Shown here piece after piece: positions 1 to 12,416 of a stretch of DNA of 64,000 bases (within the stretch, counting starts at the first letter, position 1; each line of letters begins with the position of its first letter). The stretch is from Malacoraja senta (taxonomy: Eukaryota): positions 1,612,001 to 1,676,000 of the forward strand of contig CM075991.1 of NCBI GenBank assembly GCA_038087875.1, given 5' to 3'. The position numbers and the translations under genes are program-made. The notes below the pieces were generated by a model that was not told the origin of the DNA, did no database searches, and saw only the letters and a program-made list of their open reading frames with translations.

Positions 1-1027
1 CTTCAAGGGACCCACATTTGTCTTAACTAATTTTTTACTCTTCACATACATAAAGACACTTTTACTATCTCCTTTATATTCTTTGCTAGCTTATCTTCGT
101 ACCTCATCCTTTCTCCCCGTATTGCTTTTTACTTCTATTCTGTTGCTCTATAAAAGTTACCTAATCCTCTGGCTTCCAGCTCATCTTTCTATGTTGTACT
201 TCTCTTTTACTTTTTTACTGTCCCTGACTTCCGTCAGCCACGGTCGCCCCTTACTCCCCTTAGAATCTTTCTTCCTCTTTGCAATGAACTGATCCTGCAC
301 CTTCTGTATTATTCCCAGAAATACCTGCCATTGTTGTTCCACTCTCACCCTGCTAGGGTCTCTTTCCATTCAACTTTGGTCAGCATCCTCCCTCATGCCT
401 CCATAGTCCCCCTTTGCGTATCTGTAATACCGACACTTCTGATTTTCCCTCCTCCCTCTCCAATTGAAAATTGTCAAACTTATCATATCATGGTCACTGC
501 AGTACCTCCTAATTACTCCTTTACCTTGAGTTCCCTTTATCAAATCCGTTTAATTACACAACACTATATCCAGAATTGCCTTCTCCCTAGTAGCCTCCAG
601 TAGAACCTGCTCTGAGAAACCATCTCGGAGGCACTCCACAAACTCCCTTTCTTCGGGTCCAGTACCAACCTGATTTTCCCAATCTACCTGCATGTTGAAA
701 TCCTCATAACCACCGTAGCATTACCTTTACTACATGCCAACTTTAACTCTTGATGCAACTTGCACCTTATATCTAAGCTACTGTTTGGGGGGCTATAGAT
801 AACTCCCATTAGCGTCTATTTTACCCTTAACTGACTCTACTTCTCCTGATTCTATGTCACCCCTCGCACTGGACTGAATTTCATTCCTTACCAACAGAGC
901 TATCCCAAACCCTCTGCCCACCTGTCTGTTTTTTCGATAGGACGTATACCAGTTCCCTGCCCTGATCCTCTTGCAGTCATGTCTGTAATTCACACAACAT
1001 CAAACTTGTCAATCTCTAACTGAGCCT
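1..1027 (-). mobile_element. Degraded CR1 LINE ORF2 fragment (endonuclease/linker region), running off the window start
   Basis: Broken minus-strand ORFs with CR1 ORF2 peptides (YRKNRQVGRGFGIALLVRNEI; RPWLTEVRDSKKVKEKYN). Near copy of 1610-1661 plus 7572-8551. Confidence 0.85.
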
Positions 1028-1227
1028 NNNNNNNNNNNNNNNNNNNNNNNNNNNNNNNNNNNNNNNNNNNNNNNNNNNNNNNNNNNNNNNNNNNNNNNNN
1101 NNNNNNNNNNNNNNNNNNNNNNNNNNNNNNNNNNNNNNNNNNNNNNNNNNNNNNNNNNNNNNNNNNNNNNNNNNNNNNNNNNNNNNNNNNNNNNNNNNNN
1201 NNNNNNNNNNNNNNNNNNNNNNNNNNN
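1028..1227. other. Assembly gap (200 N)
   Basis: Run of N. Confidence 1.
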
Positions 1228-1661
1228 TCCACGTTTTCTCTCTCGCTCCTTTCCTGAAAAGTTGGATAACATTAGCTACCCTCCAATACACAGGAACTGA
1301 CCCTGAATCTATAAAACATTGGAAAATGATCATCAATGCGTCCACGATTTCCAGAGCCACCTCCTTAGGTACCATGGGATGCAAACCATCAGGCCCTGGA
1401 GATTTATCAGCCTTCAGTCCCATCAATCTACCCAATACCATTTCCTGCCTAATGTGAATTTACTTCAGTTCCTCCGTCACCCTATGACCTCTGGCCACTA
1501 GTACATCTGGGAGATTGGATCTGTCTTCACTAAGGAAGACACAAACAATGTACCTGTTCATCTCGTCTGCCATGTCCTTGTTCCCTATAATAAATTCACC
1601 TGTTTCTGTCTTCAAGGGACCCACATTTGTCTTAACTAATTTTTTACTCTTCACATACATA
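1228..1661 (-). mobile_element. Older CR1 ORF2 fragment, left part of the element interrupted by the 1662-7566 insertion
   Basis: KSPGPDGLHPMVPKEVALEIVDAL and WRVANV are CR1 ORF2 motifs. The sequence resumes at 7572 after a repeated ACATA. Confidence 0.85.
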
Positions 1662-1756
1662 GATACATAGATACATAGAAAATAGGTGCAGGAGTAGGCC
1701 ATTCGGCCCTTTGAGCCTGCACCGCCATTCAATATGATCATGGCTGATCATCCAAC

Positions 1757-4560
1757 TCAGTATCCCGTACCTGCCTTCTCTCCAAACCCCCTGATCCCTT
1801 TAGCCACAAGGGCCACATCTAACTCCCTCTTAAATACAGCCAATGAACTGGCCTCAACTACCCTATGTGGCAGAGAGTTCCAGAGATTCACCACTCTCTG
1901 CGTGAAAATGTTTTTTCTCATCTCGGTCTTAAAGGATTTCCCCCTTATCCTTAAGCTGTGACCCCTTGTCCTGGACTTCCCCAACATCGGGAACAGTCTT
2001 CCTGCATCTAGCCTGTCCAACCCCATAAGAATTTTGTACGTTTCTATAAGATCCCCTCTCAATCTCCTAAATTCTAGCGAGTATAGGCCAAGTCTATCCA
2101 GTCTTTCTTCATATGAAAGTCCTGACATCCCAGGAATCAGCCTGGTGAACCTTCTCTGCACTCCCTCTATGGCTATAATGTCCTTCCTCAGATTTGGAGA
2201 CCAAAACTGTACGCAATACTCCAGGTGTGGTCTCACGAAGACCCTGTACAACTGCAGTAGAACCTCCCTGCTCCTATACTCAAATCCTTTTGCTATGAAA
2301 GCTAACATACCATTCGCTTTCTTCACTGCCTGCTGCACCTGCATGCCTACTTTCAATGACTGGTGTACCATGACACCCAGGTCTCGCTGCATCTCCCCTT
2401 TTCCTAATCGGCCACCATTTAGATAATAGTCTACTTTCCTAATTTTGCCACCAAAGTGGACAACCTCACATTTATCCATATTATACTGCATCTGCCAAAC
2501 ATTTGCCCACTCACCCAGCCTATCCAAGTCACCTTGCAGTCTCCTAGCATCCTCCTCACAGCTAACACTGCCCCCCAGCTTAGTATCATCCGCAAACTTG
2601 GAGATGTTGCCTTCAATTCCCTCATCCAGTTCATTAATATAAATTGTAAATAGCTCGGGTCCCAGCACTGAGCCTTGCGGTACCCCACTAGTCACTGCCT
2701 GCCATTGTGAAAAGGACCCGTTTACTCCTACTCTTTGCTTCCTGTTTGTCAGCCAGTTCTCTATCCACATCAATACTGAACCCCCAATACCGTGTGCTTT
2801 AAGTTTGTATACTAATCTCTTATGTGGGACCTTGTCAAAAGCCTTGTGAAAGTCCAGATACAACACATCCACTGGTTCTCCCCTATCCACTCTACTAGTT
2901 ACATCCTCGAAGAATTCTATAAGATTCGTCAGACATGATTTACCTTTCGTAAATCCATGCTGACTTCATCCAATGATTGCACCACTTTCCAAATGTGCTG
3001 CTATCCCATCTTTAATACCTGACTCTAGCAGTTTCCCCACAACCGATGTTAGACTAACTGGTCTGTAATTCCCCGTTTTCTCTCTCCCTCCCTTCTTAAA
3101 AAGTGGGGTTACGTTTGCTACCCTCCAATCCTCAGGAACTACTCCAGAATCTAAAGAGTTTTGAAAAATTATCACTAATGCATCCACTATTTCTGGAGCT
3201 ACTTCCTTAAGTACTCTGGGATGCAGCCTATCTGGCCCTGGTGATTTATCGGTCTTTAATCCATTCAATTTACCCAACACCACTTCCCGACTAACCTGGA
3301 TTTCACTCAGTTCCTCTATCTCATTTGACCCGCGGTCCCCTGCTATTTCCGGCAGATTATTTATGTCTTCCTTAGTGAAGACGGAACCAAAGTAGTTATT
3401 CAATTGGTCCGCCATATCCTTGTTCCCCATGATCAATTCACCTGTTTCTGACTGCAAGGGACCTACATTTGTTTTCACTAATCTCTTTCTCTTCACATAT
3501 CTATAAAAACTTTTGCAGTCAGTTTTTATGTTCCCTGCCAGTTTTCTTTCATAATCTATTTTCCCTTTCCTAATTAAGCCATTTGTCCTCCTCTGCTGGT
3601 CTCTGAATTTCTCCCAGTCCTCTGGTATGCTGCTTTTTCTGGCTAATTTGTACGCATCATCTTTTGCTTTGATACCATCCCTGATTTCCCTTGTTATCCA
3701 CGGATGGACTACCTTCCCTGATTTATTCTTTTTCCAAACTGGGATGAACAATTTTTGTAGTTCATCCATGCAGTCTTTAAATGCCTTCCTTTGCATATCC
3801 ACCGTCAACCCTTTTAGAACTAATTGCCAGTCAATCTTGGCCAATTCACGTCTCATACCCTCAAAGTTACCTTTCTTTAAGTTCAGAACCGTTGTTTCTG
3901 AATTAACAAGGTCACTCACCATCCTAATGGAGAACTCAACCATATTATGGTCACTCTTGCCCAAGGGGGCACGCACAACAAGACTGCTAACTAACCCTTC
4001 CTCATTACTCAATACCCAGTCTAGAATAGCCTGCTCTCTCGTTGGTTCCTCTACATGTTGGTTTAGATAACTATCCCGCATACATTCCAAGAAATCCTCT
4101 TCCTCAGCACCCCTGCCAATTTGATTCACCCAATCTATATGTAGATTGAAGTCACCCATTATAACTGTTTTGCCTTTGTTGCACGCATTTCTAATTTCCT
4201 GTTTGATGCCATCCCCAACTTCACTACTACTACTAGGTGGCCTGTACACAACACCCACCAGCGTTTTCTGCCCCTTAGTGTTTCGCAGCTCTACCCATAC
4301 CGATTCCACATCCTCCAAGCTAATGTCCTTCCTTTCCACTGCGTTAATCTCCTCTCTAACCAAGAACGCTACTCCACCACCTTTTCCTTTCTCTCTATCC
4401 CTCCTGAATATTGAATATCCCTGGATGTTCAGCTCCCAGCCTTGGTCACCCTGGAGCCATGTCTCCGTGATCCCGACTATATCATAATCATTAATAGCTA
4501 TCTGCACGTTCAACTCATCCACCTTATTACGAATGCTCCTTGCATTGAGACACAAAGCCT
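1757..4560 (-). pseudogene. CR1 ORF2 (AP endonuclease + reverse transcriptase) with a single in-frame TGA at 2966-2968; 5' boundary approximate
   Basis: APE motifs LNARS, GITETW, MGDFN, SDHN. RT motifs YLDFHKAFD, GVPQGSVLGP, FADD. ORFs 2966-5092 and 1757-2890 are in the same frame. Confidence 0.93.
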
Positions 4561-4869
4561 TCAGGCTTGTTTTTACAACGCTCTTACCCCTTATACAATT
4601 ATGTTGATAAGTGGCCCTTTTTGATTTTTGCCCTGGATTTGTCTGCCTGTCACTTTTACTTTTCACCTTGCTACCTATTGCTTCCGCCCGCATTTTACAC
4701 CCCTCTGTTTCTCTGCTCACCCATTTAAGAACCCCACCACCTCTTATTCTCTGTTTATTATTGTTTTCTTCTTTCCCCCCTACATGTTGGGTCTGAGTGC
4801 TTTCCTTCTCTGCCTCCTGCCTCACAGACTGTCTAATAGCTTTCTCTATTTGAGTCCCTCCCCCCAACC

Positions 4870-5810
4870 ATTCTAGTTTAAAGTCTCCCCAGTAGCCTTT
4901 GCAGATCTCCCCGCCAGGATATCGGTCCCCCTCAGGTTCAAGTGCAACCCATCCTTTTTGTACAGGTCGCACCTTCCACAAAAGAGATCCCAATGATACA
5001 GAAATTTTAAATCCCTGCCCTCTGCACCAGTCCTTCAGCCACGCATTTATCCTCCACCTTGCTCCATTCCTAATCTCACTGTCGCGTGGCACAGGCAGTA
5101 ATCCCTAGATTGTTACCTTTGCTGTCCTACTCTTTAATTCCCCTCCTAACTCCCTAAATTCTCCTTTCAGGACCTCTTCTCTTTTTTTACCTATGTCATT
5201 GGTACCTATATGTACCACGACCTCGGGCTCCTCTCCCTCCCCTTTCAGGATATCTTGGATACGTTGAGACACATCACAGACCCTGGCACCAGGGAGGCAA
5301 ACTACCATCCGGGTCTCCCGACTGCGTCCACAGAATCGCCTGTCTGACCCCATTACTATAGTCCCCTATTAGTATCGCCCTCCTCTTATTTTCCTTACCC
5401 TTCTGAGCAACAGGGCCGGTCTCTGTACCGGAGGCCCGGCCGCTGTCGCTACCCCCAGATAGGCTGTCCCCCCCAACAGTGCTCAAACAGGAGTACTTAT
5501 TGTCAAGGTGTACAGCCACCGGGGTACTCTCTAGTCCCTGCCTGTGCCCCTTGCCTCTCGCAACCGTGATCCACTTGCCTGCCTCCTGTGGTCTTGGAGT
5601 GACCACCTCCCTGTAACTCCTCTCAATGACTTCCTCGCTCTCCCTGACCAGACGGAGGTCATCGAGCTGCTGCTCCAGGTTCCTAATACGGTCCCTTAGG
5701 AGCCCCATCTCGATACACCTGGCGCAGATGTGGACGTCTGGAGGGCTATCAGACTCCATGACTTCCCACATCTGACATCCAGAACAGTAAACTGCCCTGG
5801 CCCTCATACT
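4870..5810 (-). pseudogene. CR1 ORF1 (CxxC zinc finger, coiled coil, SGNH/GDSL-type esterase), disrupted
   Basis: CSGC and CARC, LEQQLDDL coil, LIGD and HIGTND esterase blocks. Frameshift near 5355 and TAG at 5105-5107. Confidence 0.85.
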
Positions 5811-7406
5811 CCCCTTACCCTGGATACAATACATCTGACATCCAGAACAGCAAACTGCCCTGGCCCTCATACTCCCCTTACCCTGGATACAATAATCTGA
5901 CATCCAGAACAGTAAACTGCCCTGGCCCTCATACTCCCCTTACCATGGATACAATACATCTGACACCCAGAACAGTAAACTGCCCTGGCCCTCATACTCC
6001 CCTTACCCTGGATACAATACATCTGACATCCAGAACAGTAAACTGCCCTGGCCCTCATACTACCCTTACCCTGGATACAATACATCTGACATCCAGAATA
6101 GGAAACTGCCCTGGCCCTCATACTCCCCTTACCCTGGATACAATACATCTGACATCCAGAACAGTAAACTGCCCTGGCCCTCATACTCCCCTTACCCTGG
6201 ATACAATACATCTGACATCCAGAACAGTAAACTGCCCTGGCCCTCATACTCCCCTTACCCTGGATACAATACATCTGACATCCAGAACAGTAAACTGCCC
6301 TGGCCCTCATACTCCCCTTACCCTGGATACAATACATCTGACATCCAGAACAGTAAACTGCCCTGGCCCTCATACTCCCCTTTCCCTGGATACAATACAT
6401 CTGTCATCCAGAACAGTAAACTGCCCTGGCCCTCATACTCCCCTTACCCTGGATACAATACATCTGACATCCAGAACAGTAAACTGCCTTGGCCCTCATA
6501 CTCCCCTTACCCTGAATACAATACATCTGACATCCAGAACAGTAAACTGCCCTGGCCCTCATACTCCCCTTACCCTGGATACAATACATCTGACATCCAG
6601 AACAGTAAACTGCCCTGGCCCTCATACTCCCCTTACCCTGGATACAATACATCTGACATCCAGAACAGTAAACTGCCCTGGCCCTCATACCCCCCTTACC
6701 CTGGATACAATACATCTGACTTCCAGAACAGTAAACTGCCCTGGCCCTCATACTCCCCTTACCCTGGATACAATACATCTGACATCCAGAACAGTAAACT
6801 GCCCTGGCCCTCATACTCCCCTTACCCTGGATACAATATATCTGACATCCAGAACAGTAAACTGCCCTGGCCCTCATACTCCCCTTACCCTGGATACAAT
6901 ACATCTGACATCCAGAACAGTAAACTGCCCTGGCCCTCATACCCCCCTTACCCTGGATACAATACATCTGACTTCCAGAACAGTAAAGTGCCCTGGCCCT
7001 CATACTCCCCTTACCCTGGATACAATACATCTGACATCCAGAACAGTAAACTGCCCTGGCCCTCATACTCCCCTTACCCTGGATACAATACATCTGACAT
7101 CCAGAACAGTAAACTGCCCTGGCCCTCATACTCCCCTTACCCTGAATACAATACATCTGACATCCAGAACAGTAAACTGCCCTGGCCCTCATACTCCCCT
7201 TACCCTGGATACAATACATCTGAGATCCAGAACAGTAAACTGCCCTGGCCCTCATACTCCCCTTACCCTGGATACAATACATCTGACATCCAGAACAGTA
7301 AACTGCCCTGGCCCTCATACTCCCCTTACCCTGGATACAATACATCTGACATCCAGAACAGTAAACTGCCCTGGCCCTCATACTCCCCTTACCCTGGATA
7401 CAATAC
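5768..7406. repeat. 63-bp tandem array, about 26 copies, over the CR1 5'UTR/ORF1 start
   Basis: Unit CCCTGGATACAATACATCTGACATCCAGAACAGTAAACTGCCCTGGCCCTCATACTCCCCTTA. The minus frame reads (MYCIQGKGSMRARAVYCSGCQ)n. Confidence 0.97.
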
Positions 7407-7566
7407 AAAACAAACTGCTACAATACAGTACAATCAGCAGGGATCTGACTCCCAATCAGCTGCTCCCTCTTGTCTGCTTCCACCAATGAGCGGCTTCCTC
7501 AAGCCCACGTTGCAGATTTTGGCCCCTCCTCCCTCTGCGACCTCTCCAACGGCTCTCGGGCCTCTG

Positions 7567-8660
7567 ACATAAAGACACTTTTACTATCCTCCTTTATATT
7601 CTTTGCTAGCTTATCTTCGTACCTCATCTTTTCCCCTCGTATTGCCTTATTACTTCTATTCTGTTGCTCTTTAAAAGTTAACTAATCCTCTTGCTTCCAG
7701 CTCATCTTTGCTATGTTGTACTTATCTTTTATTTTTATACTGTCCCTGACTTCCCTTGTCAGCCACGGTCGCCCCTTACTCCCCTTAGAATCTTTCTTCC
7801 TCTTTGCAATGAACTGATCCTGCACCTTCTGTATTATTCCCAGAAATACCCGCCATTGTTGTTCCACTCTCACCCATGCTAGGGTCTCTTTCCATTCAAC
7901 TTTGGCCAGCATCCTCCCTCATGCCTCCATAGTCCCCTTTGCTTATCTGTAATACCGACACTTCTGATTTTCCCTCCTCCCTCTCCGATTGAAATTTTTC
8001 AAACTTATCATATTATGGTCACTGCAGTACCTCCTAATGACTCCTTTACCTTGAGTTCCCTTTATCAAATCCGTATAGTTACACAACACTATATCCAGAA
8101 TTGCCTTCTCCCTAGTAGCCTCCAATAGAAGCTGCTCTGAGAAATCATCTCGGAGGCACTCCACAAACTCCCTTTCTTCGGGTCCAGTACCAACCTGGTT
8201 TTCCCAATCTACCTGCATGTTGAAATCTTCCATAAAACACCGTAGCATTACCTTTACTACATGCCAACTTTAACTCTTGATGCAACTTGCACCTTATATC
8301 TAAGCTACTGTTTGGGGGGCTGTAGATAACCCATTAGCGTCTATTTTACCCTTAACTGACTCTACATCTCCTGATTCTATGTCACCCCTCGCACTGGACT
8401 GAATTTCATTCCTTACCAACATAGCTATCCCAACCCCCCTGCCCACCTGTCTGTCTTTTCGATAGGAAGTATACCAGTTCCCAGACCTGATCCTCTTGCA
8501 GCCATGTCTGTAATTCACACAACATGAAACTTGTCAATCTCTAACTGAGCCTCAAGCTCGTCCACATTATTTCTTATACTTATCGCATTCATATACAACA
8601 CATTAACTTCGGTATTCACCCCCCCCCCTCAATCCGGTCACTATTGCCCCTGACCTTACT
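7567..8660 (-). mobile_element. Older CR1 ORF2 fragment, right part of the interrupted host element
   Basis: Peptides MEDFNMQVDWENQ, CSDHNMI and RPWLTREVRD. Contiguous with 1228-1661 once the insertion is removed. Confidence 0.85.
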
Positions 8661-8895
8661 CTCTTATTCCTTCTCGATATTTATGATTTGTAGACAGAGA
8701 ATGGCAATATTTCGAAGGTACTACAGAGGGGGGATGAGATAGAAACTCTGCTTTTAAAGGCATTTCGGCTTGCACTCGAGGCACTGGTCGGAATGTGGGC
8801 AAAACGCATAGTGTAATTTGGAAGGAATTGTGCATTTGACCTACACTCTGAATATGTTTTTTACTTGTGGCCCATTTGTCCTCTTGGGATAGTTC

Positions 8896-9184
8896 AATAG
8901 ACAATAGACAATAGGTGCAGGAGTAGGCCATTCTGCCCTTCGAGCCAGCACTGTCATTCAATGTGATCATGGCTGATCATCCCCAATCAGTACCCCGTTC
9001 CTGCCTTCTCTCCATATCCCCGGACTCCGCTATCTTTAAGAGCCCTATCTAGCTCTCTCTTGAAAGTATCCAGAGAACCGGTCTCCACTGCCCTCGGAGG
9101 CAGAGAATTCCACAAACTTACAACTCTGTGAGAAAAAATGTTTTCTCATCTCCGTTCTAAATGGCTTACCCCTTATTCTTAAAG
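8896..9184 (-). mobile_element. 5'-truncated CR1 3' end
   Basis: (CAATAGA)n tail and the conserved CR1 3'UTR block GGTGCAGGAGTAGGCCATT. Confidence 0.85.
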
Positions 9185-10565
9185 TATTGAGTAATGAGGA
9201 AGGGTTAGTTAGCAGTCTTGTTGTGCGTGCCCCCTTGGGCAAGAGTGACTATAATATGGTTGAGTTCTTCATTAGGATGGAGAGTGACATTGTTAATTCA
9301 GAAACAACAGTTCTGAACTTAAAGAAAGGTAACTTTGAGGGTATGAGACGTGAATTGGCCAAGATTGACTGGCAATTAGTTCTAAAAGGGTTGACGGTGG
9401 ATATGCAATGGAAGGCATGTAAAGACTGCATGGATGAACTACAAAAATTGTTCATCCCAGTTTGGCAAAATAATAAATCAGGGAAGGTAGTGCATCCGTG
9501 GATAACAAGGGAAATCAGGGATGGTATCAAAGCAAAAGATGATGCTTACAAATTAGCCAGAAAAAGCAGCATACCAGAGGACTGGGAGAAATTCAGAGAC
9601 GGCAGAGGAGGACAAAGGGCTTAATTAGGAAAGGGAAAATAGATTATGAAAGAAAACTGGCAGGGAACATAAAAATTGACTGCAAAAGTTTTTATAGATA
9701 TGTGAAGAGAAAGAGATTAGTGAAAACAAATGTAGGTCCCTTGCAGTCAGAAACAGGTGAATTGATCATGGGGAACAAGGATATGGCGGACCAATTGAAT
9801 AACTACTTTGGTTCCGTCTTCACTAAGGAAGACATAAATAATCTGCTGGAAATAGCAGGGGACCACGGGTCAAAGGAGATAGAGGAACTGAGTGAAATCC
9901 AGATTAGTCGGGAAGTGGTGTTGGGTAAATTGAATGGATTAAAGGCCGATAAATCACCAGGGCCAGATAGGCTGCATCCCAGAGTACTTAAGGAAGTAGC
10001 TCCAGAAATAGTGGATGCATTAGTGATAATTTTTCAAAACTCTTTAGATTCTGGAGTAGTTCCTGAGGATTGGAGGGTAGCAAACGTAACCCCACTTTTT
10101 AAAAAGGGAGGGAGAGAGAAAACGGGGAATTACAGACCAGTTAGTCTAACATCTGTAGTGGGGAAACTGCTAGAGTCAGTTATTAAAGATGGGATAGCAG
10201 CACATTTGGAAAGTGGTGAAATCATTGGACAAAGTCAGCATGGATTTACGAAAGGACAAGGGGTCACAGCTTAAGGATAAGGGGGAAATCCTTTAAGACC
10301 GAGATGAGATAAAAAGGTTTTCACACAGAGAGTGGTTAATCTCTGGAACTCTCTGCCACAGAGGGTAGTTGAGGCCAGTTCATTCGCTATATTTAAGAGG
10401 GAGTTAGATGTGGCCCTTGTGGCTAAAGGGATCAGGGGGTATGGAGAGAAGGCAGGTACGGGATACTGAGTTGGATGATCAGCCATGATCATATTGAATG
10501 GCGGTGCAGGCTCGAAGGGCCGAATGGCCTACTCCTGCACCTATTTTCTATGTATCTATGTATCT
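9185..10565 (+). mobile_element. CR1 ORF2 fragment of the same family as 1662-7566, with most of RT deleted at ~10253 and an intact 3' tail
   Basis: ORFs 9187-9624 and 9702-10274 are nearly identical to ORF2 of the full-length copy. QHGFTKG joins directly to the C-terminal GHSLRIRG region. (CTATGTAT)n tail. Confidence 0.9.
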
Positions 10566-11365
10566 AAACTGTAGCCCCTGGTACTGGACTCCTCCAACAT
10601 CGGGAACATGTTTCCTGCCTCTAGCATATTCAAACCATTAACAACCTTATATGTTTCAATAAGATTGCCTCTCATCCTTCAGTTCCTCCGTCACCCCAGA
10701 TCCTCTGGCCACTATTATATCAGGAATATTGTTTGTGTCCTCCTTAGTAAAGACGGATCCAAAGTACCTGTTCACCTCATCTGCCATTTCCTTGTTCCCC
10801 ATAATAAATTCACATTTTTTTATCTTCAAGGGTCCAACTTTGGTCTTAACAATTTTTTTCCTCTTCACATACCTAAAGAAGCTTTTACTATTCTCCTTTA
10901 TATTCTTGGCTAGCTTAGCTTCGTCCTCATCTTTTCTCCCCGTATTGTCTTTTTAGTTATCTTCTGTTGCTCTTTAAACATTACCCAGTCCTCTTGCTTC
11001 CCGCTCATCTTTGCTATGTTGTACTTCTTCTCGTTTATTTTTATACTGTCCCTGACGTCCGTTGTCAGCCACGGTCGCCCCTTACTCCCCTTGGAATCTT
11101 TCTTCCCCTTTGGAATGAACTGATCCTGCACCTTCTGTATTATTCCTAAAAATACCTGCCATTGTTGTTCCATTGTCATCCCTGCTAGGATACCTTTCCA
11201 GTCAACTTTGGCCAGCTCCTCCCTCATGGCTCCATTGTCCCCTTTATTCAACTGTAACACTGACACCTCCGATCTACCCTTCTCACTCTCCAATTGTAGA
11301 TCACTACATCCTAATGGCTCCTTACCCTCAAGTTCCTTTACCAAATCAGGTTCATTACATAACGG
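10566..11365 (-). mobile_element. Rearranged older CR1 ORF2 fragments
   Basis: Peptides KTKVGPLK, NRYFGSVFTKED and EELAKVDW. Confidence 0.8.
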
Positions 11366-11816
11366 TTCAGAATGGGACAGACACAAAGCACATCTCGTAC
11401 ACCAGTGGTGAGTTTCTGAAACAGGTCGGTGTGTTCGTCCTTAATGGTATATATTGCAAACACTGAGAGAGACCAAAGTGCTTTAATAATTCACAACACA
11501 TACATATGTTTTAATGACCTCGCGGCACAACTGTAACGTGCGAACTTTACATCATTGAAATAAGTAATCAGATCAACGTTTCCCTGCAGTTTGTCATTCC
11601 TGCATATTTAACCTCAATTTCCCAGTTTTCTGGAAAACCAGTATCCCATTTATCTGAGCGGCGGGTGAAATAAAGTACACCCCTATATACAGATTCGTTT
11701 TTTGGCCCTGAGCCTGGTTTCCAGATTGTGGTCCGCGTGCACTTCGTGGGCCACAGGGTCTGTTTCCATGCTCAATGACTCCACTCTAATTGCGAGTATT
11801 CTTCCCACTGCTACGT

Positions 11817-12225
11817 TCATAGAAACATAGAAACATAGAAAATAGGTGCAGAAGTAGGCCATTCGGCCCTTCGAGCCTGCACCGCCATTCAATATGATCA
11901 TGGCTGATCATCCAACTCAGTATCCTGTACCTGCCTTCTCTCCATACCCCCTGATCCCTTTAGCCACAAGGGCCACATCTAACTCCCTCTTAAATATAGC
12001 CAATGAACTGGCCTCAACTACTTTCTGTGGCTGAGAATTCCACAGATTCACCACTCTCTGTGCGAAAAATGATTTTCTCATCTCGGTCCTAAAAGACTTC
12101 CCCCCTATCCTTAAACTGTGACCCCCTGTTCTGGATTTCCCCAACATCGGGAACAATATTCCGGCATTTAGCCTGTCCAACCCCTAAAGAATCTTGTAAG
12201 TTTCTATAAAATCCCCCCTAATATC
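11817..12225 (-). mobile_element. 5'-truncated CR1 3' end downstream of the GPCR gene
   Basis: ORF 11917-12180 is the CR1 C-terminus (QRVVNLWNS). (ATAGAAAC)n tail. Confidence 0.9.
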
Positions 12226-12416
12226 TCTCATATTCAGCTCATGCTGCTGGTTGCCAGATCGCGGTCCGCGGGCACTTGGTGAGCCACATGGTCTGTTTCC
12301 ATGCTCAATGACTCCACTCTAATTGCGAATACTCTTCCCACTGCTACGTTCTCTCCTATTCAGCTCATGCTGGTGTATCTGAATTGGAGAAAACGTGATC
12401 CATCATCGCGTCGCGT

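Larger units (their letters stand above)
1662..7566 (-). mobile_element. Near full-length CR1 LINE (5'UTR, ORF1 esterase, ORF2 APE-RT, octamer tail)
   Basis: 3' tail (ATACATAG)n on + at ~1656-1678, ORF1 and ORF2 both present, ACATA direct repeat at 1657-1661 and 7567-7571. Confidence 0.95.

Noticed and set aside
4560..5092. Natural ORF1-ORF2 fusion in the 708-aa CR1 ORF
   Set aside because: The N-terminus is ORF1 esterase sequence followed by out-of-frame residues, best explained by decay indels.
5945..7489. 514-aa plus-strand ORF and a Cys-rich minus-strand repeat protein
   Set aside because: By-product of the 63-bp array in a CR1, with no independent gene structure.
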